Source of the DNA: a virus | Lineage: Duplodnaviria > Caudoviricetes | Reading direction: 5' to 3' (one strand) | IMG/VR virus record: IMGVR_UViG_2881966637_000004 | Span: 1-64,000 of that record | Length of the DNA: 64,000 nt | Shown here: one piece after another, positions 1 to 8,836 of the stretch | Position numbering within the stretch: position 1 is the first letter of the stretch | How the letters are laid out: the number at the start of each line of letters is the position of its first letter | Translations under genes and position numbers: made by a program | Notes under the pieces: model-generated | Databases searched by the model: none | Told to the model about the DNA's origin: nothing | What the model saw: the letters and a program-made list of their open reading frames with translations, nothing else

Positions 1-1257
1 ATGCCTTCCGTTAAAATCCTGCAGCATCCCAACAAGACCTATAAAGATGGCACCGTGCCGATCATGCTGCGCGTCATCCTGCCGGGCGAGAAAGCCTTTC
101 GGGTACTCGACCGCATCAACCCCAAACACTGGAACGAAAAGCAACACTGCGTCCGGGCGACGCATCCCGACTACCGGCTCATCAACGAGCGGCTGGACGT
201 GGCCCGGCGCACCGCCGAGAACCTGATCCGTACCACTCCAGGCATCACAGCGCGGCAGGCGGTGGGCAGCGACCCCATCGAAGAGCCCAAGCCTGTTACT
301 GTGCCGGGTCTACTGGCCTGGGGCAAGCAGTACACCGACGCCCGGCGCGACGGCCGCCAGCTGCGCACCGCCGAGAAATACGACGGGCACCTGACGGTTA
401 TCGGTCTGTACCTGGCCAGCATCAACCGGCAGGACATCCCGCTGGATGAGGTAGACGACAGCTTCGTGACGGGCTGGCGACGCTGGGAGGTGAGTGAGCG
501 CGGCAACAGCCCCAACACCATCGCCAAGCGGTTCGACTTCATCAAGACCCTGTTACATTCAGCGCATCGCCGGGGTGTCATCAGCGTCTGGCCATGTCCG
601 GACAGTAAGGTAGCCGAGGTAAGAACCCGAAAGCCCCGGCTCACCAGGGCGCAGCTGGATGTCTTACGGGATGCGTCCCTGCCCGACCGGCTGGCGGTGA
701 GCCGCGACTGTTTTCTCTTGCAGTACTATCTCTACGGGGCCAGGATCAGCGACGTGCTGCAGCTGCAGGCGTCGAACATCAGCCACGTCGATGGCGAGGG
801 TCGGGCGGTGGTCGGCTTTGTTGAGCAGAAGACCGGGGCGGTGCGTACCATCCGGCTCCACGCCGAGGCCACTACCCTGCTGCAATCCTACCGGGCCAGG
901 CATACGCCGGGCTATCCATTTCTGCTGCCGCTGGTGCGCTTCACGGCCGATCCGACATGGTCGGCCAATGAGCATCGTAAGTTTCTCAACAAAGCGGTGG
1001 AGTCGGCCAGTGCCAGGGTGAACAAGGACTTGAAGGACATCGCCAAAGCGTGTGGCTTCACGGTGCATCTGACTACGCACGTCGCCCGGCATACGTTCGC
1101 CCGGCTGGCCGACGAGACGGTTGCTGATAAGCGCAAGATTGCGGGGGCACTGGGCCATACCCGTTTCGCCCAGACGGAGAACTATCTGGACGACCTGCGC
1201 CAGCAGGACATTGATGCCGCGATGGACGAGGTGTTTGCAGCCTTTCGGGGTAGATGA
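1..1257 (+). CDS. int: Tyrosine recombinase / phage integrase (Bacteroidota type, with arm-binding and SAM-like N-terminal domains)
   Basis: Catalytic set visible: GARISD (R), EQKTG (K), HVARHTFA (HxxR), LGH and TENY (Y). The N-terminus KDGTVPIMLRV...INPKHWN resembles Arm-DNA-bind_5. Confidence 0.95.
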   Translation: MPSVKILQHPNKTYKDGTVPIMLRVILPGEKAFRVLDRINPKHWNEKQHCVRATHPDYRLINERLDVARRTAENLIRTTPGITARQAVGSDPIEEPKPVTVPGLLAWGKQYTDARRDGRQLRTAEKYDGHLTVIGLYLASINRQDIPLDEVDDSFVTGWRRWEVSERGNSPNTIAKRFDFIKTLLHSAHRRGVISVWPCPDSKVAEVRTRKPRLTRAQLDVLRDASLPDRLAVSRDCFLLQYYLYGARISDVLQLQASNISHVDGEGRAVVGFVEQKTGAVRTIRLHAEATTLLQSYRARHTPGYPFLLPLVRFTADPTWSANEHRKFLNKAVESASARVNKDLKDIAKACGFTVHLTTHVARHTFARLADETVADKRKIAGALGHTRFAQTENYLDDLRQQDIDAAMDEVFAAFRGR

Positions 1258-1493
1258 GAGTATGGTTGGTGGTTTAATGGCGACTCCTGCACCCTCGTCA
1301 AGTCCCACCCTATCATGTTACCACAGTTGGAGCAGCACTAGCCATAGCTTTCTTCGTCCATTCGTCGCATGGTGCTACACTTGGCGCAGTACGGACGCCA
1401 GCCAGGGTAGCCACCACCCTTGGTTGTTGCTTCCGCGATCATGGCCTTTCGCTGTTCGTCGTCCAGTCCTTCGTAGTAGGTTATTGATTTCAT
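1182..1493 (-). pseudogene. Small Cys-rich (Zn-ribbon-like) phage gene interrupted by an in-frame TAG
   Basis: Starts by ATGA overlap with the upstream gene. Reads MKSITYYEG...PYCAKCSTMRRMDEESYG*CCSNCGNMIGWDL, with TAG at 1338-1340 between two Cys pairs. Confidence 0.5.
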
Positions 1494-2038
1494 GGTTTGG
1501 TAATTGTTTCGAGTGATTGAACGAACTTATCCAGGATGGTATGCACTTTGCACACTACCTCGTAGGGTGGTGCCGGGCGGTCGTTATACTGGTAGGTCTG
1601 CCACTGCCCCCATTCGTAGGGGCTCAGCTGGTCATGCAGCAGGGTCTTGACCGACATCTCGGGCCGGTCCAGAAAGTGGCGCAGCTCATCGGCGTAGGCT
1701 ACCGTATCGCTGGGTTTGCCCAGAGCGCGGAACTCGGCGACGATGCCAGCAAGAAAGGCCAGCAGCGTGTGGCGCGTCTGGCCGTCGAGGATGTACTTCT
1801 TGTATTTGTCGGGCTTCTTATAGCCGTTGACCACGTTATTGAGCAGGGTCGGGTAGCGCAGGTTCTCTCCCAGAACCTTGAGCTTGAGCTGTCTACTGGC
1901 AAGCAGCAGCAGCAGGGGGTCGGTATCGGTTGCTTGCATAGGGTGTCGGCTGACCACCGGGGAACAGTTGTCGGTTTGGTTTCTGTTCCCCGGTGAGGGA
2001 GATAGCGCGGTCAGGTGGTAGCGTTTGCGAGTTGCCAT
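1490..2038 (-). CDS. Hypothetical phage protein
   Basis: Member of the leftward operon. Start reassigned to ATG at 2038, just after the stop of the upstream gene. Confidence 0.65.
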   Translation of the reverse strand: MATRKRYHLTALSPSPGNRNQTDNCSPVVSRHPMQATDTDPLLLLLASRQLKLKVLGENLRYPTLLNNVVNGYKKPDKYKKYILDGQTRHTLLAFLAGIVAEFRALGKPSDTVAYADELRHFLDRPEMSVKTLLHDQLSPYEWGQWQTYQYNDRPAPPYEVVCKVHTILDKFVQSLETITKP

Positions 2039-2045
2039 AGGTTGA

Positions 2046-2714
2046 CTATGTCCACTGGTTTGACTGGCCTTCCAGAATACCCATCTCAATACAAATCTGA
2101 CTGATTGCCGAGTCGAGCAAGATAGCCTGGCCCGTTGTCGTGCGGCCCCACAGGTAGACACTGCCGCCATCAAGGACGGGATAGCCGGCAGCTTTTAGCT
2201 TGCGATACAGCCAGCCGGAGACGGCCCACCACTCGTAAACCTCGTACTCTTCGCCGGCCTCCATGTTGACCTCGTCGGTCGCGTCCAGGATGGTGATGCT
2301 GCCCCAGCTTTTAATGCCGAACACCTCACCCTTGAGGTCGAAATAATACTCGGCTACGGCTTCGCCATCCCGAATGTCAACGCCCTCGTCAGAGAGGAAA
2401 GCAGCCTCTTCGTTGGTTATCTCAAGGATGGTATCGCCGTCCTCGCCGTCCTCGTTAATGCGGTCGAAGTGCGCCTTGAACTCACCGCGCTCATCAAGAT
2501 CAATGGTATAGCGAAATTGATTATCGGCTACCGTCTCGGGACCGATCAAGTTTTCGATGTCGTCGTAAGAGAAGGGCGCGTCGCCATCTTCGTGGCTCTT
2601 TTTGAGGATGTAGTCAACCATTGTATTCACATTGCAGAATACTTCACGGCCAACGAATTTACTTTTGATGTCTTGGTTGATGATACTGTTAACGTCACCT
2701 GTGTATGCAGACAT
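2046..2714 (-). CDS. Conserved hypothetical phage protein (EWWAVSxWL...WGRTTTGQAI family)
   Basis: Acidic protein with the C-terminal motif YEWWAVSGWLYRKLK...WGRTTTGQAILLD, recalled from other phages. Start reassigned to MSAYTG. Confidence 0.75.
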   Translation of the reverse strand: MSAYTGDVNSIINQDIKSKFVGREVFCNVNTMVDYILKKSHEDGDAPFSYDDIENLIGPETVADNQFRYTIDLDERGEFKAHFDRINEDGEDGDTILEITNEEAAFLSDEGVDIRDGEAVAEYYFDLKGEVFGIKSWGSITILDATDEVNMEAGEEYEVYEWWAVSGWLYRKLKAAGYPVLDGGSVYLWGRTTTGQAILLDSAISQICIEMGILEGQSNQWT

Positions 2715-2760
2715 GATAGTTGACGCCGGTTGACCTATGCCCCGGCAGGTTTGGGTTATA

Positions 2761-3003
2761 CTAGTTGTCTTTTCTGGTGAGCGAGATGTATTGACGGCCC
2801 TCGTTATATGCCATGTAGTACTTGCCCACATGGTATATGTCGTCTTCGGTGCCGTTACCGAGCGTGTCGGACGTTTCGTACTCGTCATGCACATCGAAGG
2901 TTTCGATGAGAATGGGCAGCAGTTTGGCGTTGCCGATGGCATTGCGGATGTTGATAAGCACCTGGGCTTTTTCGCCCTGAAAGAAAAAGATTTGACTAAA
3001 CAT
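2761..3003 (-). CDS. Hypothetical protein, 80 aa
   Basis: ORF fills the gap in the operon, downstream of a promoter-less AT-rich leader. Confidence 0.55.
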   Translation of the reverse strand: MFSQIFFFQGEKAQVLINIRNAIGNAKLLPILIETFDVHDEYETSDTLGNGTEDDIYHVGKYYMAYNEGRQYISLTRKDN

Positions 3004-3075
3004 AGTGGTGGTTGATTAAGACGGTCCCGCTCCGGCCCGTCCGGGGAGCCGGTACCGGCCGTAGCGGTTGACGGA

Positions 3076-3711
3076 TTAAATCATGGTGCCATCGGCCTCA
3101 AACTCGTAGTTATTGGCTTCGCAGGCTTCGATAAAGGCTTCCATACTGTTGGCATGTTCAAGGTCGGCAGCGCAGTCTTTCGCCCACTCCTCAAAGCAGG
3201 TGTCAAGCAGGTCTTCCAATGTGACAGACGGGTCGGGCTTCTTCATGTAGGCATAGATGGGTTCAAGCAGGGAATCGTCGATGCAATAGCCCGTCAGGAC
3301 GCCCCCCGTTTCCAAGGTGATGCGCGACCGGCGTTCTACGCGGCCAACGCCCGGCGTCAGGGTGTTGGTCTTACGGTTGAACGATTTGGAATACCAGCGG
3401 CCTTTGTAGATGTCGCCGCGCAGGTTATTCCAGAGCCAGGCGGCGAGTCGTGGACCGGACAGGTGGGCCACATCGTCAACATCGTGGTGCCATTCATCAT
3501 GGAACCCGTATCGTACCTCTCCCCCATTTTCGTCGTACTCCCAGTGTTTGATCTTAATGGGAAAGAGTTTGGCAAAGGCTTCGAGGGACTCTTTGTTTTC
3601 ACTATGCCAACCGTAGTTGTCGCCGTCTTTGATATAGTCCATGTGAGCTTGCTCTCTAGCCTCTTCGCTCAACTCATTGACGGTAAATACCGATACTTCG
3701 ATGGTACGCAT
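3076..3711 (-). CDS. Acidic early phage/plasmid protein (xxFxxxELSEEARE...YEFxxDG family)
   Basis: N-terminal MRTIEVSVFTVNELSEEAREQA and C-terminal CEANNYEFEADG match a widespread uncharacterised mobile-element family. Confidence 0.7.
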   Translation of the reverse strand: MRTIEVSVFTVNELSEEAREQAHMDYIKDGDNYGWHSENKESLEAFAKLFPIKIKHWEYDENGGEVRYGFHDEWHHDVDDVAHLSGPRLAAWLWNNLRGDIYKGRWYSKSFNRKTNTLTPGVGRVERRSRITLETGGVLTGYCIDDSLLEPIYAYMKKPDPSVTLEDLLDTCFEEWAKDCAADLEHANSMEAFIEACEANNYEFEADGTMI

Positions 3712-3856
3712 GACTGTAGGGGTTACTGGTGAAGAAATGGGTAGACGTGAATCATAAACTGACCGCCGATCAGAAACAGCCATGCTAAGCAGAAGGCTAA
3801 GATGATCAAGACGGTCAGGGCGTTGAGCCAGGTAAACTTTCGCTTTCGGAGTGTGC

Positions 3857-4072
3857 TCATACGTTTCGGTATCTGGCTACGGTCTGGATCAGTTCACAGG
3901 CACCGCCGAAGAGCCTGACCTTATCGGCTGCTATCGGGGAGTCGATTTTGTTTTTGACCGCCCAGACTACGGATGCGGCTTCGGAGTGGGTCATCTTGCC
4001 GATGAACATGGCCTGACGGATGAGGTTTGGGTAGCGTTGCGCTACTGCGTGGAACTTGCTCGTCGTGATCAT
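3857..4072 (-). CDS. Hypothetical protein, 71 aa
   Basis: ORF in the operon orientation, preceded by the tandem motif at 4079-4094. Confidence 0.55.
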   Translation of the reverse strand: MITTSKFHAVAQRYPNLIRQAMFIGKMTHSEAASVVWAVKNKIDSPIAADKVRLFGGACELIQTVARYRNV

Positions 4073-4092
4073 TATAGGGTTGATTTAAGTTG

Positions 4093-4120
4093 ATGCCGGA
4101 GCATACGTATGCTCCGGCAT
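4093..4120. repeat. Perfect 28-bp palindrome
   Basis: ATGCCGGAGCATACGTATGCTCCGGCAT equals its own reverse complement. Intergenic. Confidence 0.95.
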
Positions 4121-4124
4121 GTGA

Positions 4125-4379
4125 CTAGTTGTGTTGAACTGCAAACAGGTCTGCTGGTTGGTTAAGCAGGGCGAGAGCGGTTTCGTGCAGGTTGTCAATA
4201 GACTCCCCGAGTTGCTGCTGCTGCTCGAAGAGTTCATTGATGTAGTCGGCATTGGTGCGGTTCTGTCTCATCAGGTCGATGAGGTGGTCGCGGTAGTGGC
4301 TCATGGCGGCCAGTATCATTTCAGCTTCGCTGTACTGCTTTTTACCACGGAAGGCGGAGATATTGATAGACAGGGTCAT
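4125..4379 (-). CDS. Hypothetical protein, 84 aa (helical)
   Basis: ATGA overlap with the upstream gene at 4376-4379. Confidence 0.65.
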   Translation of the reverse strand: MTLSINISAFRGKKQYSEAEMILAAMSHYRDHLIDLMRQNRTNADYINELFEQQQQLGESIDNLHETALALLNQPADLFAVQHN

Positions 4380-4888
4380 GGCTTGGGTTTGGTCAGGATT
4401 TGGTTATACATTTCATCAAGTACCGGCTCGGGATACAGGCCGAGTTTGCCCCATGTAGCATCTTCTACGTACATGAGTTTATAGTCGCCGGCAACTTTGG
4501 TTCTGCCTGTGGCGATCTTGCCGAGTTCTTTGACTTTGTCTAACCAATCGTGCTTGCCTACCATTTCCAGGTATTCACGCATGGTATAGCGTATTTCATG
4601 GCCGGGCCGTCGAAGCGGGACGCTCTGTGGCGTTGCCTTTGATGTGCGGTCCAGCTCCGTCCGGTGCGCCGAATCGGCCAACGCGGTTTTCCGGATTAGC
4701 TTTGATAGCTCAAGGCGTTCCTGTTTGGAGATTGAGCCAAAGTCGTCGGACTCGGACGCCAGAAGGAACAGTTTGAGCAGCGCGTTGCCGGCTGGGGTGT
4801 TCGGCATGGATGCCGATGGCTCAAAAGCGGTGGTGTTCGCTTTTGGGGGTTGGAAACCTGCTGGTTTCTGGGTAGGTTTGTTTAGCAT
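4376..4888 (-). CDS. Antirepressor-like protein
   Basis: The C-terminus YTMREYL...ELGKIAT...EDATWGKLGLYPEPVLDEMY resembles the small C-terminal domain of KilA-N/BRO/AntA antirepressors (...LG..A......DPRFG.V..YP..VL). Confidence 0.55.
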   Translation of the reverse strand: MLNKPTQKPAGFQPPKANTTAFEPSASMPNTPAGNALLKLFLLASESDDFGSISKQERLELSKLIRKTALADSAHRTELDRTSKATPQSVPLRRPGHEIRYTMREYLEMVGKHDWLDKVKELGKIATGRTKVAGDYKLMYVEDATWGKLGLYPEPVLDEMYNQILTKPKP

Positions 4889-4906
4889 AGTATTTTATGC
4901 TGTTTT

Positions 4907-4946
4907 GCCTCGGCGACTGGTCTCACGCAGTTGTCGGGGCTTTTTT
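4907..4946 (+). terminator. Intrinsic terminator on the + strand (antisense to the early operon)
   Basis: GCCTCGGCGACTG-8 nt-CAGTTGTCGGGGC followed by TTTTTT. The three G-U pairs form only in + strand RNA. Confidence 0.7.
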
Positions 4947-5024
4947 ATGACCGTATAGTAAATTCTATGGGTATAGGCTGGCCGCTGGGTGATTTTTGGT
5001 TCCTGCTATCAACCGTATCCTGCA

Positions 5025-5447
5025 ATGCATGACCTTGCCTCCGTCGCTAAGATTGTTTTCCAATCCGCTGCTTCTCTTTTGTTGTTGGTTCTGGCTTTCT
5101 GGGTGATTGATTTTATATTCTTTGAGGTTTTAGTGGCTGGTTTTCTATATGTGGCTGCGTATAACACGTTGCTGGCTTTCGCTACAGCGGTGCTTTTTTA
5201 CCGGCTCTTGTGGCGTTACTACGTCCGCGCATCTGAGATGGCGTTTACGTATGCCTTGTCCGGCTTTACCTATGGGCCGTTACTATCCGGCGTCGGTGTA
5301 TGGGGACTTTTATTCAACCTGTTCTATATGGTGCACCGCATCTGGACGATGCAGGATAGTTATGACACATGGATAGTGTTGTACTCAGTCCTTTTCAGTG
5401 TGGCCGCTGGCTTACTGACCGTCTCCATGATTTCCGATCCGGAATAG
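5025..5447 (+). CDS. Multi-pass membrane protein (moron-like)
   Basis: About four hydrophobic segments, lower GC, opposite strand to its neighbours. Confidence 0.7.
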   Translation: MHDLASVAKIVFQSAASLLLLVLAFWVIDFIFFEVLVAGFLYVAAYNTLLAFATAVLFYRLLWRYYVRASEMAFTYALSGFTYGPLLSGVGVWGLLFNLFYMVHRIWTMQDSYDTWIVLYSVLFSVAAGLLTVSMISDPE

Positions 5448-5465
5448 CATTGAGCGTGGACAGAA

Positions 5466-5810
5466 CTATGGTTTGGTCGTAGCAAAGGCACCGTAATTGA
5501 TATGGTCAATCAGGGCGCATTTGGTGGGCAGGTCGAGGTCGTCAACGTAGATCAGGTCGTTGTTTATTTCTGCGGCAACCCATTCCTCTCCGTCAAAGAA
5601 TATACGCACGATGGGTTGGGCATTGACTCGCATCCCGTTATAGAGTATATCGTCCGGCGAGTCTGGCAGGACCACACCCTCGCTATCTTCCTTGTACTGG
5701 TGATACCACCATTTGCTTTTATCTAATGTCCCAAGTGATTTCTCAAGCATCTCATTGGTGACGGCTTCGCAAGCCTTGTAGGCTTGCAGTATTTCCTGTG
5801 TGTTGGTCAT
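5466..5810 (-). CDS. Hypothetical protein, 114 aa
   Basis: ATGA overlap with 5807-6064. Confidence 0.65.
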   Translation of the reverse strand: MTNTQEILQAYKACEAVTNEMLEKSLGTLDKSKWWYHQYKEDSEGVVLPDSPDDILYNGMRVNAQPIVRIFFDGEEWVAAEINNDLIYVDDLDLPTKCALIDHINYGAFATTKP

Positions 5811-6064
5811 GGCTCTGGAAAGTAAATGGGTTCGTCGTCAATGGGGTGCTGATCGACGGATACGGGTTCTATTACGGTAGCGTGCCAGTACATCCCGTTT
5901 TCGAGTGGGATATAGATAATGTCGCCTTCATTGAAGGCATGGGCGTTGGGCCACCGGACGACTTCGGTTTGTCCGTGGTGCCACACTTTAAGGGCGTTGG
6001 GACGTTGATACACGGCCACACCGAGCCCAATCATGGACAGGGTGATAAGGATGGCTTTTTTCAT
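5807..6064 (-). CDS. Small exported/membrane-anchored protein
   Basis: Signal-like N-terminus MKKAILITLSMIGLGVAVY. Confidence 0.65.
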   Translation of the reverse strand: MKKAILITLSMIGLGVAVYQRPNALKVWHHGQTEVVRWPNAHAFNEGDIIYIPLENGMYWHATVIEPVSVDQHPIDDEPIYFPEP

Positions 6065-6066
6065 GG

Positions 6067-6267
6067 CTAATCAAGGGTTGATAGGGTTCTGTCAGAGATT
6101 AACTCGGTTACGTGGATGGACGAAACCAGGGTGTGTCCCGTCTCAATGGCGGCCTTATTTTCTTCGGTATCCAGTACGCCCAGTATGTTTCGGGCTATTT
6201 GCAGTCGATAGCCGTTGATGTCGCCGTCAAAGACGATGCAGAGTTTGATTGTGATTTCGGTTTTCAT
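6067..6267 (-). CDS. Hypothetical protein, 66 aa
   Basis: Tightly packed in the operon. Confidence 0.6.
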   Translation of the reverse strand: MKTEITIKLCIVFDGDINGYRLQIARNILGVLDTEENKAAIETGHTLVSSIHVTELISDRTLSTLD

Positions 6268-6271
6268 GGGG

Positions 6272-6538
6272 TTACTCTTGAAAGCGTAGATTCCATTCGA
6301 GCAGGCACATACCGTAGAGGTCTACCCGGCGGCTCTGGCACAGCTCAAACGCCTGTTCCATCAGGGCGTCGAGCCGGCCGGCCATCTCGGGCGTATAGAA
6401 GGGCTGGTTTTCCCTCACGGTGTCCTTAAAGGAATCGTCGGGGTGAAAACAAACACGGTCGATGTCGTATAAGTGTACGATCATCAGGTGTACGTCGGTC
6501 AGGGTGTTGATACTGGCCGGCAGGCAGGGCTTATTCAT
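6272..6538 (-). CDS. Hypothetical protein (FHPDD motif)
   Basis: The VCFHPDDSF...LMEQAFELC pattern is recalled from Bacteroidota mobile elements. ATGA overlap. Confidence 0.65.
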   Translation of the reverse strand: MNKPCLPASINTLTDVHLMIVHLYDIDRVCFHPDDSFKDTVRENQPFYTPEMAGRLDALMEQAFELCQSRRVDLYGMCLLEWNLRFQE

Positions 6539-6642
6539 TGGCTGAGCAGGATAGCGGCCAGCAGGGCCAGCGCAATCAGGGTGGTGGCGATCCGCAGCAC
6601 CAGCTCTGACTGCTTTTTGAGCTTATGCAGTTCCTTTGACAT
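6535..6642 (-). CDS. 35-aa membrane peptide (not in the ORF track)
   Basis: MSKELHKLKKQSELVLRIATTLIALALLAAILLSQ. TAATG overlap upstream and ATGA overlap downstream. Confidence 0.65.
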   Translation of the reverse strand: MSKELHKLKKQSELVLRIATTLIALALLAAILLSQ

Positions 6643-6926
6643 TAGTTGACCCCATTGAGTTTGTCATTGTCTCTCTCTTCATTGAAGCTGTAGAGGGCCA
6701 TTTCTTTGACTTCGGTAAACGAAGCACCCTGACGCCACAAAAAGTGCATCAGATCGGTGAGCAGGTCTGTGCCTGCCTGTACGGGTTGCTCATCGGACTC
6801 TTCATAATGTTCGTCCAGGATTGCGCGGATTTTCTCAACGCGCTCATCTACGGATAGCATGGCTATAGATGGTTTTTGGTTGTGTAGGTATCCTACTACG
6901 ACCCCGAAAGGTCGTTTCGCTCTCAC
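6642..6926 (-). CDS. Hypothetical protein
   Basis: Acidic small protein (TDLLTDLMHF). The true start may be MLSVDER. Confidence 0.6.
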   Translation of the reverse strand: MRAKRPFGVVVGYLHNQKPSIAMLSVDERVEKIRAILDEHYEESDEQPVQAGTDLLTDLMHFLWRQGASFTEVKEMALYSFNEERDNDKLNGVN

Positions 6927-6962
6927 TAGAGCTCATCAGGCAGGCTATTTGACAAAGGTTGA

Positions 6963-7223
6963 CTACTCCCATATGAGAAATAGCTCACCGTTGTTATAGT
7001 ATTTTGTGAACTCCTCAAACTCAACCGGGTCTTTAACCTCGTCTTTATACTGTTGGTATTCGTGTTCAACTTCATCCGTTATTTTAAAAGTCCTGAGTAT
7101 CCCGTCATTTAGCTCTCTGGATTTTTCTTCAATTCTCATTTGGCCGTTGACTGCATCGTCAACAGTATCGTACTCGAAAGTTTCTTCACCATATTCAGCC
7201 GAAGTCATTGTTAGAATCACCAT
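6963..7223 (-). CDS. Acidic hypothetical protein, 86 aa
   Basis: Flanked by identical 17-bp TATTTGACAAAGGTTGA copies at 6946-6962 and 7262-7278. Confidence 0.65.
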   Translation of the reverse strand: MVILTMTSAEYGEETFEYDTVDDAVNGQMRIEEKSRELNDGILRTFKITDEVEHEYQQYKDEVKDPVEFEEFTKYYNNGELFLIWE

Positions 7224-7282
7224 AAACTTGCCCGTTATGCCGATAGCGCAGCGTTAATGGTTATTTGACAAAGGTTGATGGT

Positions 7283-7822
7283 CTACTTTGCTACTGGTGT
7301 CAGGCCGGCGATTTTGAGGATAGATTCAGCAGGAACGCGACCAGCTGCCAGCTCGGTGCGAACCAAAGACATGGCTTCTGTTTTGGTCATTTTCTTTTCC
7401 CGAACGGGTTTGGCGGGCTTTTCATTTTTGGCCCGATACGCTACAAGGCCGGCTACTTCACCGGCTTTTTCACGGACTACTTTACGGGCGTCAGCCAGTT
7501 CGTTGTATGCCTGGTCAATAGCTGCGAGTGTAGCAGCCGCATTATACGCGCCCTCAGGCACGAGCCGGGTAATGGCATGGCTTTTCTCATCTGCCAGGAA
7601 TGATTTGGTAGCCGCTTTAAAGGCCAGTTCAGACGAGACTTTCGGCTCAGACTTTAGGGCCAACAAAAGTTGCAGATACTTGGGCAGACTGGCATTGGCC
7701 TTGATCCAGCGTCCGGCGTCTTTTGGCCGTGAATAGCCGTTAGACAAGGTTACGCCCATTGCGCCATTCACTTTGATTTCTACGGCTTCGCCGTTTTGAC
7801 GTACTCCATTGAAAAATTCCAT
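7283..7822 (-). CDS. Basic hypothetical protein (first gene of the leftward operon)
   Basis: Start reassigned to MEFFNG at 7822. Ala/Lys-rich. Confidence 0.7.
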   Translation of the reverse strand: MEFFNGVRQNGEAVEIKVNGAMGVTLSNGYSRPKDAGRWIKANASLPKYLQLLLALKSEPKVSSELAFKAATKSFLADEKSHAITRLVPEGAYNAAATLAAIDQAYNELADARKVVREKAGEVAGLVAYRAKNEKPAKPVREKKMTKTEAMSLVRTELAAGRVPAESILKIAGLTPVAK

Positions 7823-8190
7823 GATCGTATAATTTAAAGGTTGATAAAAGTTGAAAACAAAAGTCCCAACGGGACAATGGCGACCAGTCGGATAACGAAT
7901 CCGAATAACGGCGGGCCGTTGCTGGTCTGGTAAAAAGTATTGTTGTTTTTTATTCCGGCTAACTCCGACTTGCCTATCGTTCATCTACACCGTTCAGAGC
8001 CATTTCGCACCAATATGATTGGTCAGACTCCTACCTATCAGTACTACCGCTATAGTGCGGGTTCCGTTGACTGTAAGCCGGCTGACGAGTATGTCACACC
8101 CGTTCCGTTTGTTTCGGTCTATCAGGGCCGATACTGTCAGACCGTTGGTGGTCAGGTCCGTTCTGTTGTCGTTGCCGATTGAGAACATGA

Positions 8191-8221
8191 CAAAGATACG
8201 AGTAATATTTTAAAAAACAAC
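8191..8221 (-). promoter_or_regulatory. Bacteroidota sigma-A-type promoter driving the leftward early operon
   Basis: On the minus strand, TTG (-33) then 19 nt then TATCTTTG (-7; + strand CAAAGATA at 8191-8198). Confidence 0.6.
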
Positions 8222-8836
8222 TACTCGCTTAAAAATAGTTGACAGCATGTCGGGACACTACTTCGCCGAACATAGGAACCGCATACGTGTGTGTACGCAT
8301 CTACGCGGGCGCGTGTGTTGAGGTGAGAAAGGAAAAGGAATTGATTATCAGTCACTTACATAACACATGATAAACTATTCGTCCACTATACCGGACTAAA
8401 ACTGTACCCAACGTAGACAAACGGGTAATTGTATTATTCCGATATGTAAGCAGATTGGTACGGGTAGAAAATTGGGGAAATAGATAGCGTATATACCGAC
8501 ACGTATAGACAGAATACTGATATGTATAGGGGTATGGGGTACAAAAAGGCTGGGCCAGAAATCACAGGTAGCCGGGGGTGGGTTGCCCAGGGAAACGCAG
8601 GGGTCGAAGATTGGGGGGCTATACTCACAATTACGATATGCGACATCAGCACACCTTCCGCCCCCTGTCTACCTCTGAGAGCAGCAGCAGGTGGTGTCAA
8701 ATCAAACAAATAAACCCGTCCTAATAAGTACTAAGAATAGATCGCCACAACTCTCTGATTACTAGCACTAATTCATATTCTTAATCAATACGTTTTTAAT
8801 TCTATCTGAATATTTAAAGGATATTTTTGGGTTGAC

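Noticed and set aside
1-60. attL/attP site next to the integrase
   Set aside because: The window begins exactly at the integrase ATG. No upstream sequence or matching direct repeat is available.
1338-1340. TAG-to-Gln stop codon reassignment, known in some crAss-like phages
   Set aside because: Many genes end at TAG directly before the next start (13498, 14188, 41892, 44957, 50242, 52908, 55647), and long genes have no internal TAG. The single case is better explained as a nonsense change.
7994-8188. 64-aa minus-strand ORF as the first early gene
   Set aside because: Its ATG overlaps the predicted transcription start and it has no recognisable features. Left unannotated.
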